From positions 62,000,001 to 62,064,000 of the forward strand of contig NC_091999.1 of assembly GCF_044704955.1 (NCBI RefSeq): a DNA stretch of 64,000 nt. The letters are read 5' to 3'. Under the pieces are notes generated by a model. The model searched no databases. It saw nothing but the letters and a program-made list of their open reading frames with translations, and was not told the origin of the DNA. Position 1 is the first letter of the stretch. Each line of letters begins with the position of its first letter. The DNA comes from Pristiophorus japonicus (taxonomy: Eukaryota). Both the position numbers and the translations under genes were made by a program. Shown in pieces: positions 1 to 12,496 of the stretch.

Positions 1-712
1 TGGGGAGAATGTTCCCCGGTTTATATCCCCCCTCTCCCCGGTGTGGGGAGAATGTTCCCCGGTTTATATCCCCCCCCCGGTGTGGGGAGAATGTTCCCCG
101 GTTTATATACCCCCCCCCCGGTATTTGGAGAATGTTCCCCGGGTTATATCCCCCCGGTGTGGGGAGAATGTTCCCCGGTTTATATCACCCCCCCCCCGGT
201 GTGGGGAGAATGTTCCCCGGTTTATATCCCCCCCCGGTGTGCCGAGAATGTTCCCTGGTTTATATCCATCCCCGGTGTGGGGAGAATGTTCCCTGGTTTA
301 TATCCCCCCCTCCCCCCGGTGTGGGGAGAATGTTCCCCAGTTTATATCCCCCTCCAGTGTGGGGAGAATGTTCCCCGATTTATATCCCCCCCGGTGTGGG
401 GAGAATGTTGCCCGGTTTATATCGCCCCCCTCCCCCGGTGTGGGGAGAATGTTCCCCGGTTTATATCGCCCCCCCGGTGTGGGGATAATGTTCCCCGGCT
501 TATATCCCCCCCTCCCCCGGTGTGGGGAGAATGTTCGCCGGTTTATATCCCCCCCACCGGTGTGGGGAGAATGTTCCCCGGTTTATATCCCTCCCCCCCG
601 CCCTGGTGTGGGGAGAATGTTCCCCGGTTTATATCCCCCGGTGTGGGGAGAATGTTCCCCGGTTTATATCCCTCCCCCCGGTGTGGGGAGAATGTTCCCC
701 GGTTTATATCCT
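1..712. repeat. GC-rich minisatellite, ~18 copies of CCGGTGTGGGGAGAATGTTCCCCGGTTTATATC(C)n, unit ~35-47 bp
   Basis: Directly visible head-to-tail repeat; length varies mainly in the poly-C tract. The repetitive ORFs 9..488, 41..844 and 43..840 are by-products. Confidence 0.95.
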
Positions 713-960
713 GGCCCGGGGCTGCACTCGGTGTTGTTGCCCCCAGCGTTTCTTCAACCCGCTCCCTGGATCTCGCTCACCTCCTGCGTCAGCGTCTGCC
801 ACCGCCGCCTGCACATGCTCAGCTCACACTGTCCGGGTGATTGACGGCAGCTCCCCACCAATAAGAAGAGCGGGGCGGTGCTGGAGGACCGAATGGGCGG
901 TTGGTCCTCCAACCTATCGGAGTGTGTGAGGGGCGGGGCTTCCGGCAGGCTGTAACTCGT
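713..960 (-). promoter_or_regulatory. CpG-rich promoter-like module with a putative leftward first exon
   Basis: CCAAT (858-862), GGGGCGG boxes (872-878, ~930-936), dyad TGGAGGACC-N12-GGTCCTCCA (882-911), minus-strand donor GAG|GTGAGC at 781/780. Homologous to 6720-6845. Activity is inferred. Confidence 0.5.
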
Positions 961-971
961 GGGGTGCAGCA

Positions 972-1900
972 AGGATCAGTGAAGGGGCCTCAGCTATTTA
1001 CAATCTATATTAATGACCTAGATAATGGGACCGAGTGTAATATTTGCTGACGATACAAAGCTCGGTGAGACAGTAAGCTGTGAGCAGAACACAAGTGTGC
1101 AAAGATATATAGATAGACGATGTGACTGGGCAGTAAGGTGGCAGATTGAGTATAATGTCGGGAAATGTGAGTTTATTCACTTTGGCAGGAAGAATAGAAA
1201 AACAGAATATCTTTCAAATGGTGAGAAACTTTAAATGTTGGTGTTGAGAGAGATTTGGGTGTCCTTGTGCAAGAAACACAAAAAGCGAGATGCAGGTACA
1301 GCAAGCAGTAAGGGGGTGGAGTATAAGAGTAAGGATCTATTGCTACAATTGTACAGGGCCTTGGTGAGACCACACCTGGAGTACTGGGCAGTTTCGGTCT
1401 CCTAATCTAAGGAAAGATATACTTGCCTTGGAGATGGTGCAACGGAGGTTCACAAGATTGATTCCTGGGATGAGAGAGCTGTCTTACGATGAGAAATTGT
1501 GTAGAATGGACCGATACTCTCTGGAGTTTAGATGAATGAGAGGGGATCTCATTGAAACATATAAGATTCTGAAGGGTATTGACAGGGTAGATGCAGAGAG
1601 CTCGATTCCCCCGGGCTGGAGTGACTAGAACTCGGTCGCTCAAGATAAGGGGTAGGCCATTTAAGTCAGATGAGAAATTTCTTCACTCAGAGGGTTGTGA
1701 ATCTTTGGAATTCTCTGCCCCAGAGGGCTGTGGATGCTCAGTCTATTCAAGGCTGAGATAGAGAGAGTTTTGGACTCTCGGGGAATCAAGGGATATGGAG
1801 ATCAGGTGGGAAAGTGGAGTTGAGGGTGATGATCTTACTGAATGGCGGAGCAGGCTCGAGAGGCCGTGTGACCTACTCCTGCTCCTATCTCTGATATTCT
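972..1900 (+). mobile_element. CR1-type LINE, degraded 3' fragment (RT C-terminus and 3' UTR)
   Basis: ORF 1025..1234 has FADDTKLG and WQIEYNVGKC; HLEY-type and GLYSLEF-type CR1 motifs follow in broken frames. Confidence 0.9.
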
Positions 1901-1924
1901 AATATTGACATCTCAGGGCTCTAG

Positions 1925-3600
1925 ATTTATTAGTCCCACCCTTTATCTTAAGGGAACACACTTGCTCTGAACCCTCGCTATCTCCTCCTTGAATGCCTCC
2001 CACTGCTCTGACACTATTTTTCCTTCAAGTAGCTGTTTCCAGTCCACTTTGGTTAAATCACATCTCCGCTTAGTAAAATTAGCTTTACCCCAATTGAGAA
2101 CTTTTATTCCTGGTCCATCTTTGTCCTTTTCCATAACTACCCTAAATCTAACTGAATTATGATCACCAGCACCAAAATGCTCTCCCACTGATACCCCTTC
2201 CACCTGCCCAAGCTTCATTCATTAAACCTAAGTCCAGAACCACCCTCTCTTGTTGGGCTTGCTACGTCATGGCTAAAAAAGTTCTCCTGAATGCATTTTA
2301 AGAATTCTGCTACTTCTATATCTTTCATACTAATTCTATCCCAGTTAATATTTGGGTAGTTGAAATCCACGACTATTACTGCCCTATTATTTTGGCAAGT
2401 ATCAGAAATGTGCCGACATATTTGCTCTTCTGTCTCCCTCTGACTGTTTGGGGGTCTATAGTACATCCCCAGCAGTGTGATTGCCCCTTTTTTGTTCCTC
2501 ACTTCTCCCATGTGGCCTCATTTGATGATCCTTCGAACATATCATCCCTCCCCACAGCTGGAATTGTTTCTTGAATCAACTCTGCGATACGTCCTCCTTT
2601 TTTTTTATCCTTGTCTCTGTCTTGTCTTAAAACCCTGTAACCAGGAATGTTGAGCTGCCTTTCCTGCAGTTATTTTAGCCGTGTTTCACTAATAGTTACA
2701 ATATCATACCCCCACATGTCTGTCTGTGCCCTCAGCTTATCTGCCTCAATCCCTAGACTCCTTGTATTGGCATTGAAGTATTTCTAGATTGATTCCTGTG
2801 ATGAGAGACTTGTCTTATGATGAGAGTTTGTGTAGAATGGGCCTATACACTCGGGAGTTTAGACGAATGAGAGGTGATCTCATTGAAACACACTGGCACT
2901 GGCATTTAGCGCTGCCAAACTCCCTTGTTGTCTATTTTCTAGCCCTTGTTTCGTCTGCCTTCCAAACACTATCAAAACCCCCAGTGAGGCTATTGTCCGG
3001 TCCTGTTGAGGTGCAATCTGTCCGGCTTGTACTGGTCCCTACTCCCCCAGAAACGCTCCCAATGCCTCAGGAATCTAAAGCTTTCCCTCCTGCACCAAAC
3101 TCCAGCCATGCATTCATCTGCTCTATCCTCTTATTTCTGTACTCACCAGCACGGAGCACAGGGAGTAATCCCGACATTACTACCTTTGAGGTCCTGTTTT
3201 TTAATCTCTTTCCTAGATCCCTAAAATCTGCCTGCAGGATCTCATCCCTCTTTCTACCTATGTCATTGGTCCCGATATGGACCACAACCTCTGGATGTTC
3301 ATCCTCCCCCCTCAAAAATGTCCTGCAGCCACTCAGTGACATCCTTGACCCGTGCACCAGGGAGGCAAAACACCATCCTGGAATCATGTCTGTGCCTGCA
3401 GAAGCAATTGTTTGTTCCCCTATCAAATCCACTCCCACTATTGCTCTTCCACTCTTCTTCCTCCCCGCCCTGTGCAGCTGAGCCACCCACGGTGTCGTGG
3501 ACATGGCTCTGGCTGCTTCTCCAGAGAAATCATCGCCCTCATCAGTATCCAGATCTGAAAACCGGTTAGCGAGCGAGATGCACTCAGAGGACTCCTGTCC
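1925..3600 (-). mobile_element. CR1-type LINE 5' part (ORF1 SGNH esterase and ORF2 endonuclease), with a short + strand CR1 piece at ~2786-2891
   Basis: ORF 3067..3504 VVVHIGTNDIG and SGLLPV (esterase); ORFs 2215..2511 YYRPPNS..DFNYP and 1943..2218 GDHNSV (AP endonuclease). Confidence 0.88.
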
Positions 3601-4664
3601 TACTCTTGTCCCATAACGCTGAAAATTTGTTTAGCTCTTTCGAAAGTTACAAGTGAATTTGCTTCCACCACCCTAACAGGCAGTGCGTTCGAGGCCAGAA
3701 CATCTCGCTGCTTCATTAGTCCCCTCATGTAGCATCTGGTTCATTTGCCAATCACATTCAATCTGTGCCTGTGGTTACTCAACTTTCTGACACTGAAAAT
3801 TGTTTCTCCTTATTCAGAGGATTGGAGGGCTGGAAGAGGTTACAGAGATAGGGAGAGGTGAGGCCTTGGAGGGATTTGAACAAGAGGATGAGAATTTTAA
3901 AGCCTGAAGCCACCAGCCGTCTCCCCCAGTGCAGAATGTGACTCACTGCTAACAGAAAGGATTTTTGTTTACTTACAAAAGATGCATAATGAACGGAAAT
4001 CAATCTCTGTATTTTAACTAACAGCGACATGAGGGAAATGAATGAACTTTAAACACCTGGTTCACTTGGCACTGAAGTGTCTGAAACTCAGAATAGGAAC
4101 TCCAGGGAAACAAAATACTGACAAATGTTAAACTGTTTTGCTGACAAAGGAAATCTCGATTTAACTTTAAAAGGTGAATAGTTTAACAGGGGTTCACACA
4201 GATTCACCTGACAGGCCGACTCAGGATCCACCCCTCAAGCACCGCGAATGATTGCAGAACACGCTGCTCCCTCTCCCCTCCGGCCTCTGACCTCTCTTTC
4301 TGTTGGTTCCCAGGGCAATCAATCACCACTCGCCAACATTACAGTGACAGATTAAGTTGAGGGGCTCAGTGGGAGAAATAAAATGGGGTCGTGAATCTGA
4401 GTTCAGAAATAAAATTACAGAAGCAAAATTAAATTTATAAACAAAACTATTTAAAGTCAAATCAAATGAATTGTTGCATTTAATACATCCTTCTGGGTCA
4501 AGTGGGAAACAAGTCATGTGTGGGCTGTGCAGAATATCTGTGCCCAGTCACACAGCGTGTCCCTGGCTCCCGGCTCCAAGTGCACATGTTTCAGCTCATA
4601 TCCAACTGACTGGATAAACCTCGCCCGTCTAAACCCCATCACACAAATAGCAGCATTTGATGTT

Positions 4665-5238
4665 TAGTTATGCTCAACCTTTATAAAACACTGGTTAGGC
4701 CTCAGCTGACACATTGTGCTCAATTCTGGGCACCACACTTTCAGAAGGGTATCTACACCTTCGAGAGGGACCAGAAGAGATTTACTAGACTGGTACGAAT
4801 GCGGAGGGACTTCAGTTATGTGGAGATACTGGAGAAGCTGCGGTAATTCTCCTTGGATCAGAAAAGGTTAAGAGGAGATTTGATCGAGTGTTCAAAATCA
4901 TGAACGGTTTTCATAGAAAAATAAGAAGAAACACATTCCAGTGGCAGAATGGTCAGTAACCAGAAGACACAGAGTTCAGGTGATTGGCAAAATAAACAGA
5001 GGCGACATGAGGAACCATTGAATAAACAGCGAGTTGTTGCAATCTGGAATACACTGCCTGATAGGGTGGTCTAAGCAGATTCAATAGTGGCTTTCAAAAG
5101 TCAATTGGATATATACTAAAGGGGTAATATTTGCAGAGCCATGGGGAAGGAGCAGGGGAGTGGAACTAACTGGATAGCTCGACCATAGAGCCAGCGCAGG
5201 CACGATGGGCCGAATCGCCTCCTGCGCATTCATTCTAT
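4665..5238 (+). mobile_element. CR1 LINE 3' fragment
   Basis: Degraded LYKTLVRP..CAQFWAPH motif and 3' end GATGGGCCGAATCGCCTCCT. Confidence 0.75.
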
Positions 5239-5239
5239 G

Positions 5240-5785
5240 AAAATGGCGGATGATCTTATCCAGAATGCTGTGACCACATACCCTCAGAAAACCAAGACCA
5301 CCTATTTCCACCTGTGGAATATCGGCCATCTCCATCCCTGCCTCAGCTCACCCTCTGCTGAAACCCTCGTCCATTCCTCGGTTACCTCTAGACTTGACTA
5401 TTCCAACACACTCCTGGCTGGCTTCCCACATTCTACCCCACGTAATCTTCACCTCATCCAAAACTCGGCTCCCCTTGTCCTAACTCGAACCAAGTTACTC
5501 GTTCACCCATCACCCCCTGTGCTTACTGACCTGCATTGGCTCCCGGTTAAGCAACGCTTCGATTTCAAAATTCTCATCCTTGTTCACAAATACATCCATG
5601 GTCTCGCCCCTTCCTATCTCTGTAATCTCCTTCAGCCCCACAACCCCCAGAGATGTCTGCGCTCCTCTAATACAGCCCTCCTGAGCATCCCTGATTATAA
5701 TCACTCAACCATTGGTGGCCTTGTCTTCTGTTGCCGAGGCCCCAAGCTCCGGAACTCCCTCCCTAAACCTCCGTGCCTCCTCCCT
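5240..5785 (+). mobile_element. L2-type LINE 3' fragment
   Basis: ORF 5237..6316 N-half: TSRLDYSNTLLAG, LHWLPVKQRFDFKILILVHK, LAPSYL, typical of the L2 ORF2 C-terminus. Confidence 0.85.
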
Positions 5786-6072
5786 GAAAGCACTGACTCT
5801 GCCTTTGTTCAGTTCTACACTCACTGGTTCCTCTCCCCTGAAGGTGCGGACTCTGGCTGGGTTCAGTTCTACACTCACTGGTTCCTCTCCCCTGAAGGTA
5901 CTGACTCTGGCTGGGTTCAGTTCTACACTCACTGGTTCCTCTCCCTTGAAGGTACTGACTCTGGCTGGGTTCAGTTCTACACTCACTGGTTCCTCTCCCC
6001 TGAGGGTGCTGACTCTGGCTGGGTGCAGTTCTACACACACTGGTTCCCCTCCCCTGAAGTTACTGTCTCTGG
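5782..6072. repeat. 54-bp minisatellite, ~5 copies
   Basis: Unit TTCAGTTCTACACTCACTGGTTCCTCTCCCCTGAAGGTACTGACTCTGGCTGGG; 18-aa period in the ORF track. Confidence 0.95.
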
Positions 6073-6539
6073 GTGTCTGTGGTCTCGTCACCTCTTTGTA
6101 CACTCTGACCCTCCCTGTATATCTGTAATATCTCCCTGTTTTGGTGATGGGCTCTCCCTGATCACTCTCTCCCTGACTCTCACCATTTCAGGGAATCATA
6201 CGGCACAGAATGAGGCCATTCGGCCCATCGAGCCTGTCCGACTCACTGAAAGACTCACTCCCGGCACCTGCCCCAAAACACCAGAAAATGTTCCCTTTGA
6301 ACATTGCTGGTTTTGAAAGTTATTATTGATGTCCCAGAATTGAGGCCAACGCTCAATATCTGAGTCTAACTAGTGAGTGATAAAGGTTGACCATAACTTG
6401 CTTGTTGTACTCTGTACTGCTATTAATGCTGGAACAGATTGATCAGCGGACCCTGCCTCCTCACAGCTTTGTGTTCACCTGCAAATTGCACCATTTGCTT
6501 TAGAATGCCTCCCATTTTTCCTCCTTCCCAAATCCCAGC

Positions 6540-6900
6540 TAGTGGCCGGTGACCCCGCTGACCCCGGGCCTGTCACCGCGGGCTTGTCCCGCGGTCAGCC
6601 TCTGGTCTGTGATTGGCCCTGGGCCCTGCACCAGGTGTTTATGACGCTCACCAGCTCCACGCGCGGCTCCAATTCCTGCCCCGTGCCGACAACAGACATC
6701 ATCCGGGCTCCACCAACTGTCGCCGCCGCCGCTCGCACATGCTCAGTGCGGGAGATCCGGGCTCAGCCCCGCTCCTAGCACGCTCCGAGTGGTTGGAGGA
6801 CCCACCACCCACTCGGTCCACCAGCCCTGCCCCTGCTCTTCCCGAGAGACAACACTCTGCATTATCCGCTTCACACACACCCGCTGTGGGCCTCAGGCCC
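6540..6900. promoter_or_regulatory. CpG-rich, possibly bidirectional promoter module upstream of the zinc-finger pseudogene
   Basis: High CpG, GCACATGCTCAG motif, dyad TGGAGGACC-N12-GGTCCACCA (6794-6823), minus-strand donor CTG|GTGAGC at 6652/6651. Inverted homology to 865-940. Confidence 0.5.
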
Positions 6901-6937
6901 TGAACAACAACCTGCGGCTCCGGCCTTTCCCAGAGCG

Positions 6938-7056
6938 TGGCCCCCGGGGTGGTGGGCTCTGGGCCCGTGCGGGTCCCCCGGGGAGGTGGGCTCTGAGCCC
7001 GTGCGGGGCCCCCGGGGAGGTGGGCTCTGGGCCCCCGGGGAGGTGGGCTCTGGGGG
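6938..7056. repeat. Short GC-rich tandem repeat (CCCCGGGGAGGTGGGCTCTG core, 4 copies)
   Basis: Directly visible. Confidence 0.85.
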
Positions 7057-7781
7057 AGATTAGATTGTTAAACAGACCCTGTCCACACAATGGAAAAGTG
7101 TTTGAGGAACAAGTATTTCTGGAGAGACTTTTAATCCATTGAACATATACAGTTTTTTCAATTTGTTCCGGGCTGTGGCCGTCGCTGCCAAGGCCGGCAT
7201 TTATTGGCCATCCCTAATTACACTGGAGAAGGTGGTGGGGAGTCACCTACTTGAACCGCTGTAGTCCGTGTGGGGAAGGTACTCCCACAGTGCTGTTAGG
7301 GAGCCAGTTCCAGGATTTTGACCCAGTGACGATGAAGGAACGGGATATATGACCAAGTCCGGATGGTGTGTGTCTTGGAGGGGAACTTGCAGATGATGCT
7401 GTTCCCATTCACCTGCTGCGTTTTTCCTTCTGGGTGGTAAAAGCCGTGCTACAGGTTTGTTGGCAGGTTCCCTTCCATCAGAACATAAGAATTAGGAGCA
7501 GGAGTCAGCCATATGGTCCTTCGAGCCTTCTCCACCGGTCAATACGACCATGGCTGATCTTCGACCTCAACTTGACTCTCCCGCCCGATCCCCAGATCGC
7601 TGAAGGACATTAGTGCGCCAGTTGGGATTTTAGTGACAATCCGACAGCTTTCATGGTGACTATTTTTCTAGAGCCTGCCCCACAAATTCCCCGATTTATT
7701 AAACTCAATTTTACAACAAGCCTTTCTGTTTTTCTGGGTTCTCTCTCACTCCCTTTTATTTGTTTTATAATCATTGTACAG

Positions 7782-8770
<989 letters not shown>

Positions 8771-9582
8771 CTGCAGGGTTTGGATTCTGTTGTTATTGCT
8801 GCTGTTAATCACATCCAGGACTAAACCATGTTCATTCCACTGTGGAACTCCGCTGACCCCGCTGAAGGGTGTGAGCTCAGGGAGTGGGACCTCCAGGAGT
8901 GGAGTGTAAGAAAGCTGGGTTTCGGTATCCTGACAAATATATGGCGCGGTACCAGTGGAATCCTTACTCGTTAGGATCTGATATGCACTGCCCGAGAGGG
9001 TGGTGGAGGCAGACTTAATCGCGGTTTTCAAAAGGGAATTGTGTAGGTACCTGAAAGAAAAAGATTTGCAGAGCTACGGGGAAAGGGCGGGGGAGTGGGA
9101 CTCGCTGAAGGGCTTTTGCAAAGAACCGGCACAGACTTGATGGGCCAAATGGCCTCCTTCTGTGCTGTAACCACTCTGATTCTCTACTAAGGAACCGTCC
9201 AGCGTAGGACGAGGGGTAAATGATGTCTGATTCCCTGAACTATTTCACATTGAACCCAGTTCAGATCCAGATCAATTCAGTTTACTGAAGAATAGAGAGA
9301 AATATCACCCCCAAATGAGGGAGACAAAAGCAGCCATTAGAGAAGCTCAGAGATCTTTGGAAAAGAAGAGAGTGCTCAATTATGGTAATCATTACAAAAG
9401 ATTTTCCAGCTCCGTCAGGAGGCAGAAGACGGTTAAAGATGGTTTAGTGCAGGGGTGGGGCATTATTTGGGCTGGAGGGCCACTGAACAAGTTTTGCTGA
9501 GCTGTTGAGGGCCGCCCACCAATGTTCCCCCGAAGGTGGGCGGCCGCACGGTCACGCATCAATCGCAGGGTCGCGCGCAGGG

Positions 9583-9855
9583 TGCTCACCAGCTCCCACC
9601 GCTGGAAGAGACACTGTGCAGCAGATTTAAAGGGACCGCTCACCAGCTCCCACCACTGGAAGAGACACCGTGCAGCAGATTCAAAGGGACCGCTCATCAG
9701 CTCCCACCGCTGGAAGAGACACCGTGCAGCAGATTTAAAGGGACCGCTCACCAGCTCCCACCGCGAGAAGAGACACCGTGCAGCAGATTTAAAGGGACCG
9801 CTCACCAGCTCCCACCGCTGGAAGGGACACGGTGCAGCAGATTTAAAGGGACCGC
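9583..9855. repeat. 54-bp minisatellite, ~5 copies
   Basis: Unit GCTCACCAGCTCCCACCGCTGGAAGAGACACCGTGCAGCAGATTTAAAGGGACC. Confidence 0.95.
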
Positions 9856-10502
9856 GCACATTGGTGAGAACAAAGTGCTAAATTGGTAAATTTGAAACAG
9901 TCCCACTCTTGGGGCTCAAATTTGACCAGTAGAGATTTCTGTCGAAATGACCAGAGGTGAGCCGCTTTTCTACACCGATTAGGGCGCCATAAATCTTCAG
10001 GCCGAGTTTGGCCGCTCCCCAGCCTCGCCTCGATGGAAACGCAGCCAGGTCCCGGTGCTGAAAACAGTGCCGGGACCTCTGCACATGCGCGCTAGAGTAT
10101 GCATGCATGTGCAGTAGCTCCTCGACCCCAGAATCTCTGCGTGTGCTCTGCAGGCTGTGTGGGACGGGCCCGAAGCGCGCTGCCCCTATCCCTGGCCTAA
10201 TGGGCTCCCTCATCGGCGGCCCGCTGAAGGTGGGACTTCTATTTTTTGTGTGTCTATTCATTTATTGATTGATTGTGGTCCATTTTTCATTTCGCACTCT
10301 GGGTTGTAAGAGATCTCTTGAGACCCCAGTTTAAGTTCGCTAAAGAGATTCTGAGCTTTCTCTGAGTTTTGACTGCACATACATGCAAGTTGAGTTGCAG
10401 TCAGTAGGGGGTTGAGGGTATATCACCAGGAGCAGATCAACACTGAGAAAGAACCGATTCTCCGACCTTTTTATTTGTTATTGATTGATTGCTTATTACA
10501 TT

Positions 10503-12070
10503 GAAACATAGAAAATAGATGCAGTAGTCAGCCATTCGAGCCTGCACCACCATTCAATAAGATCATGGCTGATCATTCACCTCAGTACCCCTTTCCTGCT
10601 TTCTCTCCATACCCTTTGATCCCTTTAGCCGTAAGGGCCATATCTAACTCCCTCTTGAATGTATCCAATGAACTGTCATCAACAACTCTCTGCGGTAGAG
10701 AATTCTACAGGATAACAACTCTCTGAGTGAAGAAGTTTCTCCTCATCTCAGTCCTAAATGGCTTACCCCTTATGTCCCCTGGTTCTAGACTTCCCCAACA
10801 TCGGGAACATTCTTCCTGCATCTAACCTGTCCAGTCCCGAAATAATTTTATGTGTTTCTATGAGATCCTCTCTCATCCTTCTAAATTCCAGTGAATACAG
10901 TCCCAGTCGATCCAGTCTCTCCTCATATGTCAGTCCTGCCATCCCAGGAAACAGTCTGGTGAACCTTTGCTTCAATCCCTCAATAGCAAGAATGTCCTTC
11001 CTCAGATTAGGAGACCAAAACTGAACAAATATTCCAGGTGAGGCCTCACTCAGGCCCTGTACAACTGCAGTAAGACCTCCCTGCTCCAATACTCAAATCC
11101 CTGAGCTTTGAAGGGCAACATACCATTTGCCTTCTTCACCGCCTGCTGTGCCTGCATGCGAACTTTCAATGACTGATGTACCTTGACACCCAGGTCTCGT
11201 TGCACCTCCCTTTTTCCTAATCTGCTGCCATTCAGATAATATTCTGCCTTTGTGGTTTTTCCACTAAAGTGGATTACCTCACATTTATCCACGTTATACT
11301 GCATCTGGCATGCGTTTGCCCACTCACCTAACCTGTCCAAGTCAGCTTGCAGCCTCTTAGCCCTCCTCACAGCTCACACCGCCACTTAGCTTAGTGTCAT
11401 CTGCAAACTTGGAGATATTACACTCAATTCCTTCATCTAAATCATTAATGTATATTGTAAATAGCTGGGGTCCCAGCACTGAGCCCTGCAGCACTCCACT
11501 AGTTACTGCCTGCCATTCTGAAAAGGACCCGTTTATCCCGACTCTCTCCTTCCTGTCTGCCAACCAGTTCTCTATCCATGTCAGTACATTACCACCCAAA
11601 CAATGTGCTTTAATTTTGCACAACAATTTCTTGTGTGGGACATTGTAAAAAGCCTTTTGAAAGTCTGGATACACCACATCCACTGGTTCTCCCTTGTCCA
11701 CGCTATCAGTTACATCCTCAAAAAATTCTAGCTTTGTCAAGCATGATTTCCATTTCATAAATCCATGCTGACTTGGACCGATCCTGTCACTGCTTTCCAA
11801 ATGCATCTTTAATAATTGATTACAACATTTTCCCCACTACTGATATCAGGCTAACCGGTCTATAATTACCCGTTTTCTCTCTTCCTCCTTTTTTAAAAAG
11901 TGCTGTTACATTGGCTACCCTTCAGTCCATAGGAACTGATCCAGAGTCGATAGACTGTTGGAAAATGATCACCAATGCATCCACTATTTCTCGGGCCACT
12001 TCCTTAAATACTCTGGAATTCAGACTATCAGTCCCCGGGGATTTATTGGCCTTCAGTCCCATCAATTATT
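10503..12070 (-). mobile_element. CR1 LINE, 5'-truncated (RT to 3' tail)
   Basis: ORFs 11357..11806 ([26 protein letters not shown]), 11050..11370 and 10763..11089; GAAACATAGAAA tail at ~10503. Confidence 0.92.
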
Positions 12071-12411
12071 TTGGTCTCGGTGCTTTAGATGCAGGATTCC
12101 TTCTATTTTTTATTTGTTAATTAATTGCTCATTACTTTTTGTGCTTTGTTTCGTGCTTTGTAAATCTTGGTGCTAGGTGCAGGTCATCTCAGCTTCCTTG
12201 TATTTTTTATTTGTTGTTGAATGTTTATTTTTGTGCTTTGTTTAGTGCTCGGTGCTTTCTCAACTCCCCACAACGTTTTTCTGTGTGGCCAGATACGCTG
12301 GCCTAAGTTAGTTTGGAATAACTATTAGCTGTTCAAACTAGCTTAATGACATCACTGCAGTACCTAGCAACCAACCTCCCTGAGCCCTGCTCATTATGGG
12401 CAAGGTTTAGC

Positions 12412-12496
12412 GTTTGATGGGACATTGTAGAGGGAGCTTTACTCTATATCTAACCCTTGCTGTACCTGCCCTGGAAGTGTCTGATGAGACAGTGTC
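12412..12496 (+). repeat. About one unit of the ~67-bp satellite also found at 47968-48277
   Basis: TTTGATGGGACATTGTAGAGGGAGCTTTACTCTATATCTAACCCTTGCTGTACCTGCCCT is the reverse complement of the 48 kb unit. Confidence 0.8.

Noticed and set aside
1-712. Resemblance of the repeat (CGGTTTATATCCCC..GTGGGGAGAA) to type I-E CRISPR repeats
   Set aside because: Units are head-to-tail with no unique spacers, there are no cas genes, and the context is vertebrate.
9-929. Long Pro/Gly-rich ORFs
   Set aside because: Translations of a stop-poor minisatellite in all three frames.
5237-6316. 359-aa ORF as a novel gene
   Set aside because: Chance read-through from an L2 fragment into a 54-bp minisatellite.
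9450-9911. Possible hAT-type MITE around the 54-bp repeat
   Set aside because: Putative TIRs match only 9/12 and there is no 8-bp TSD.
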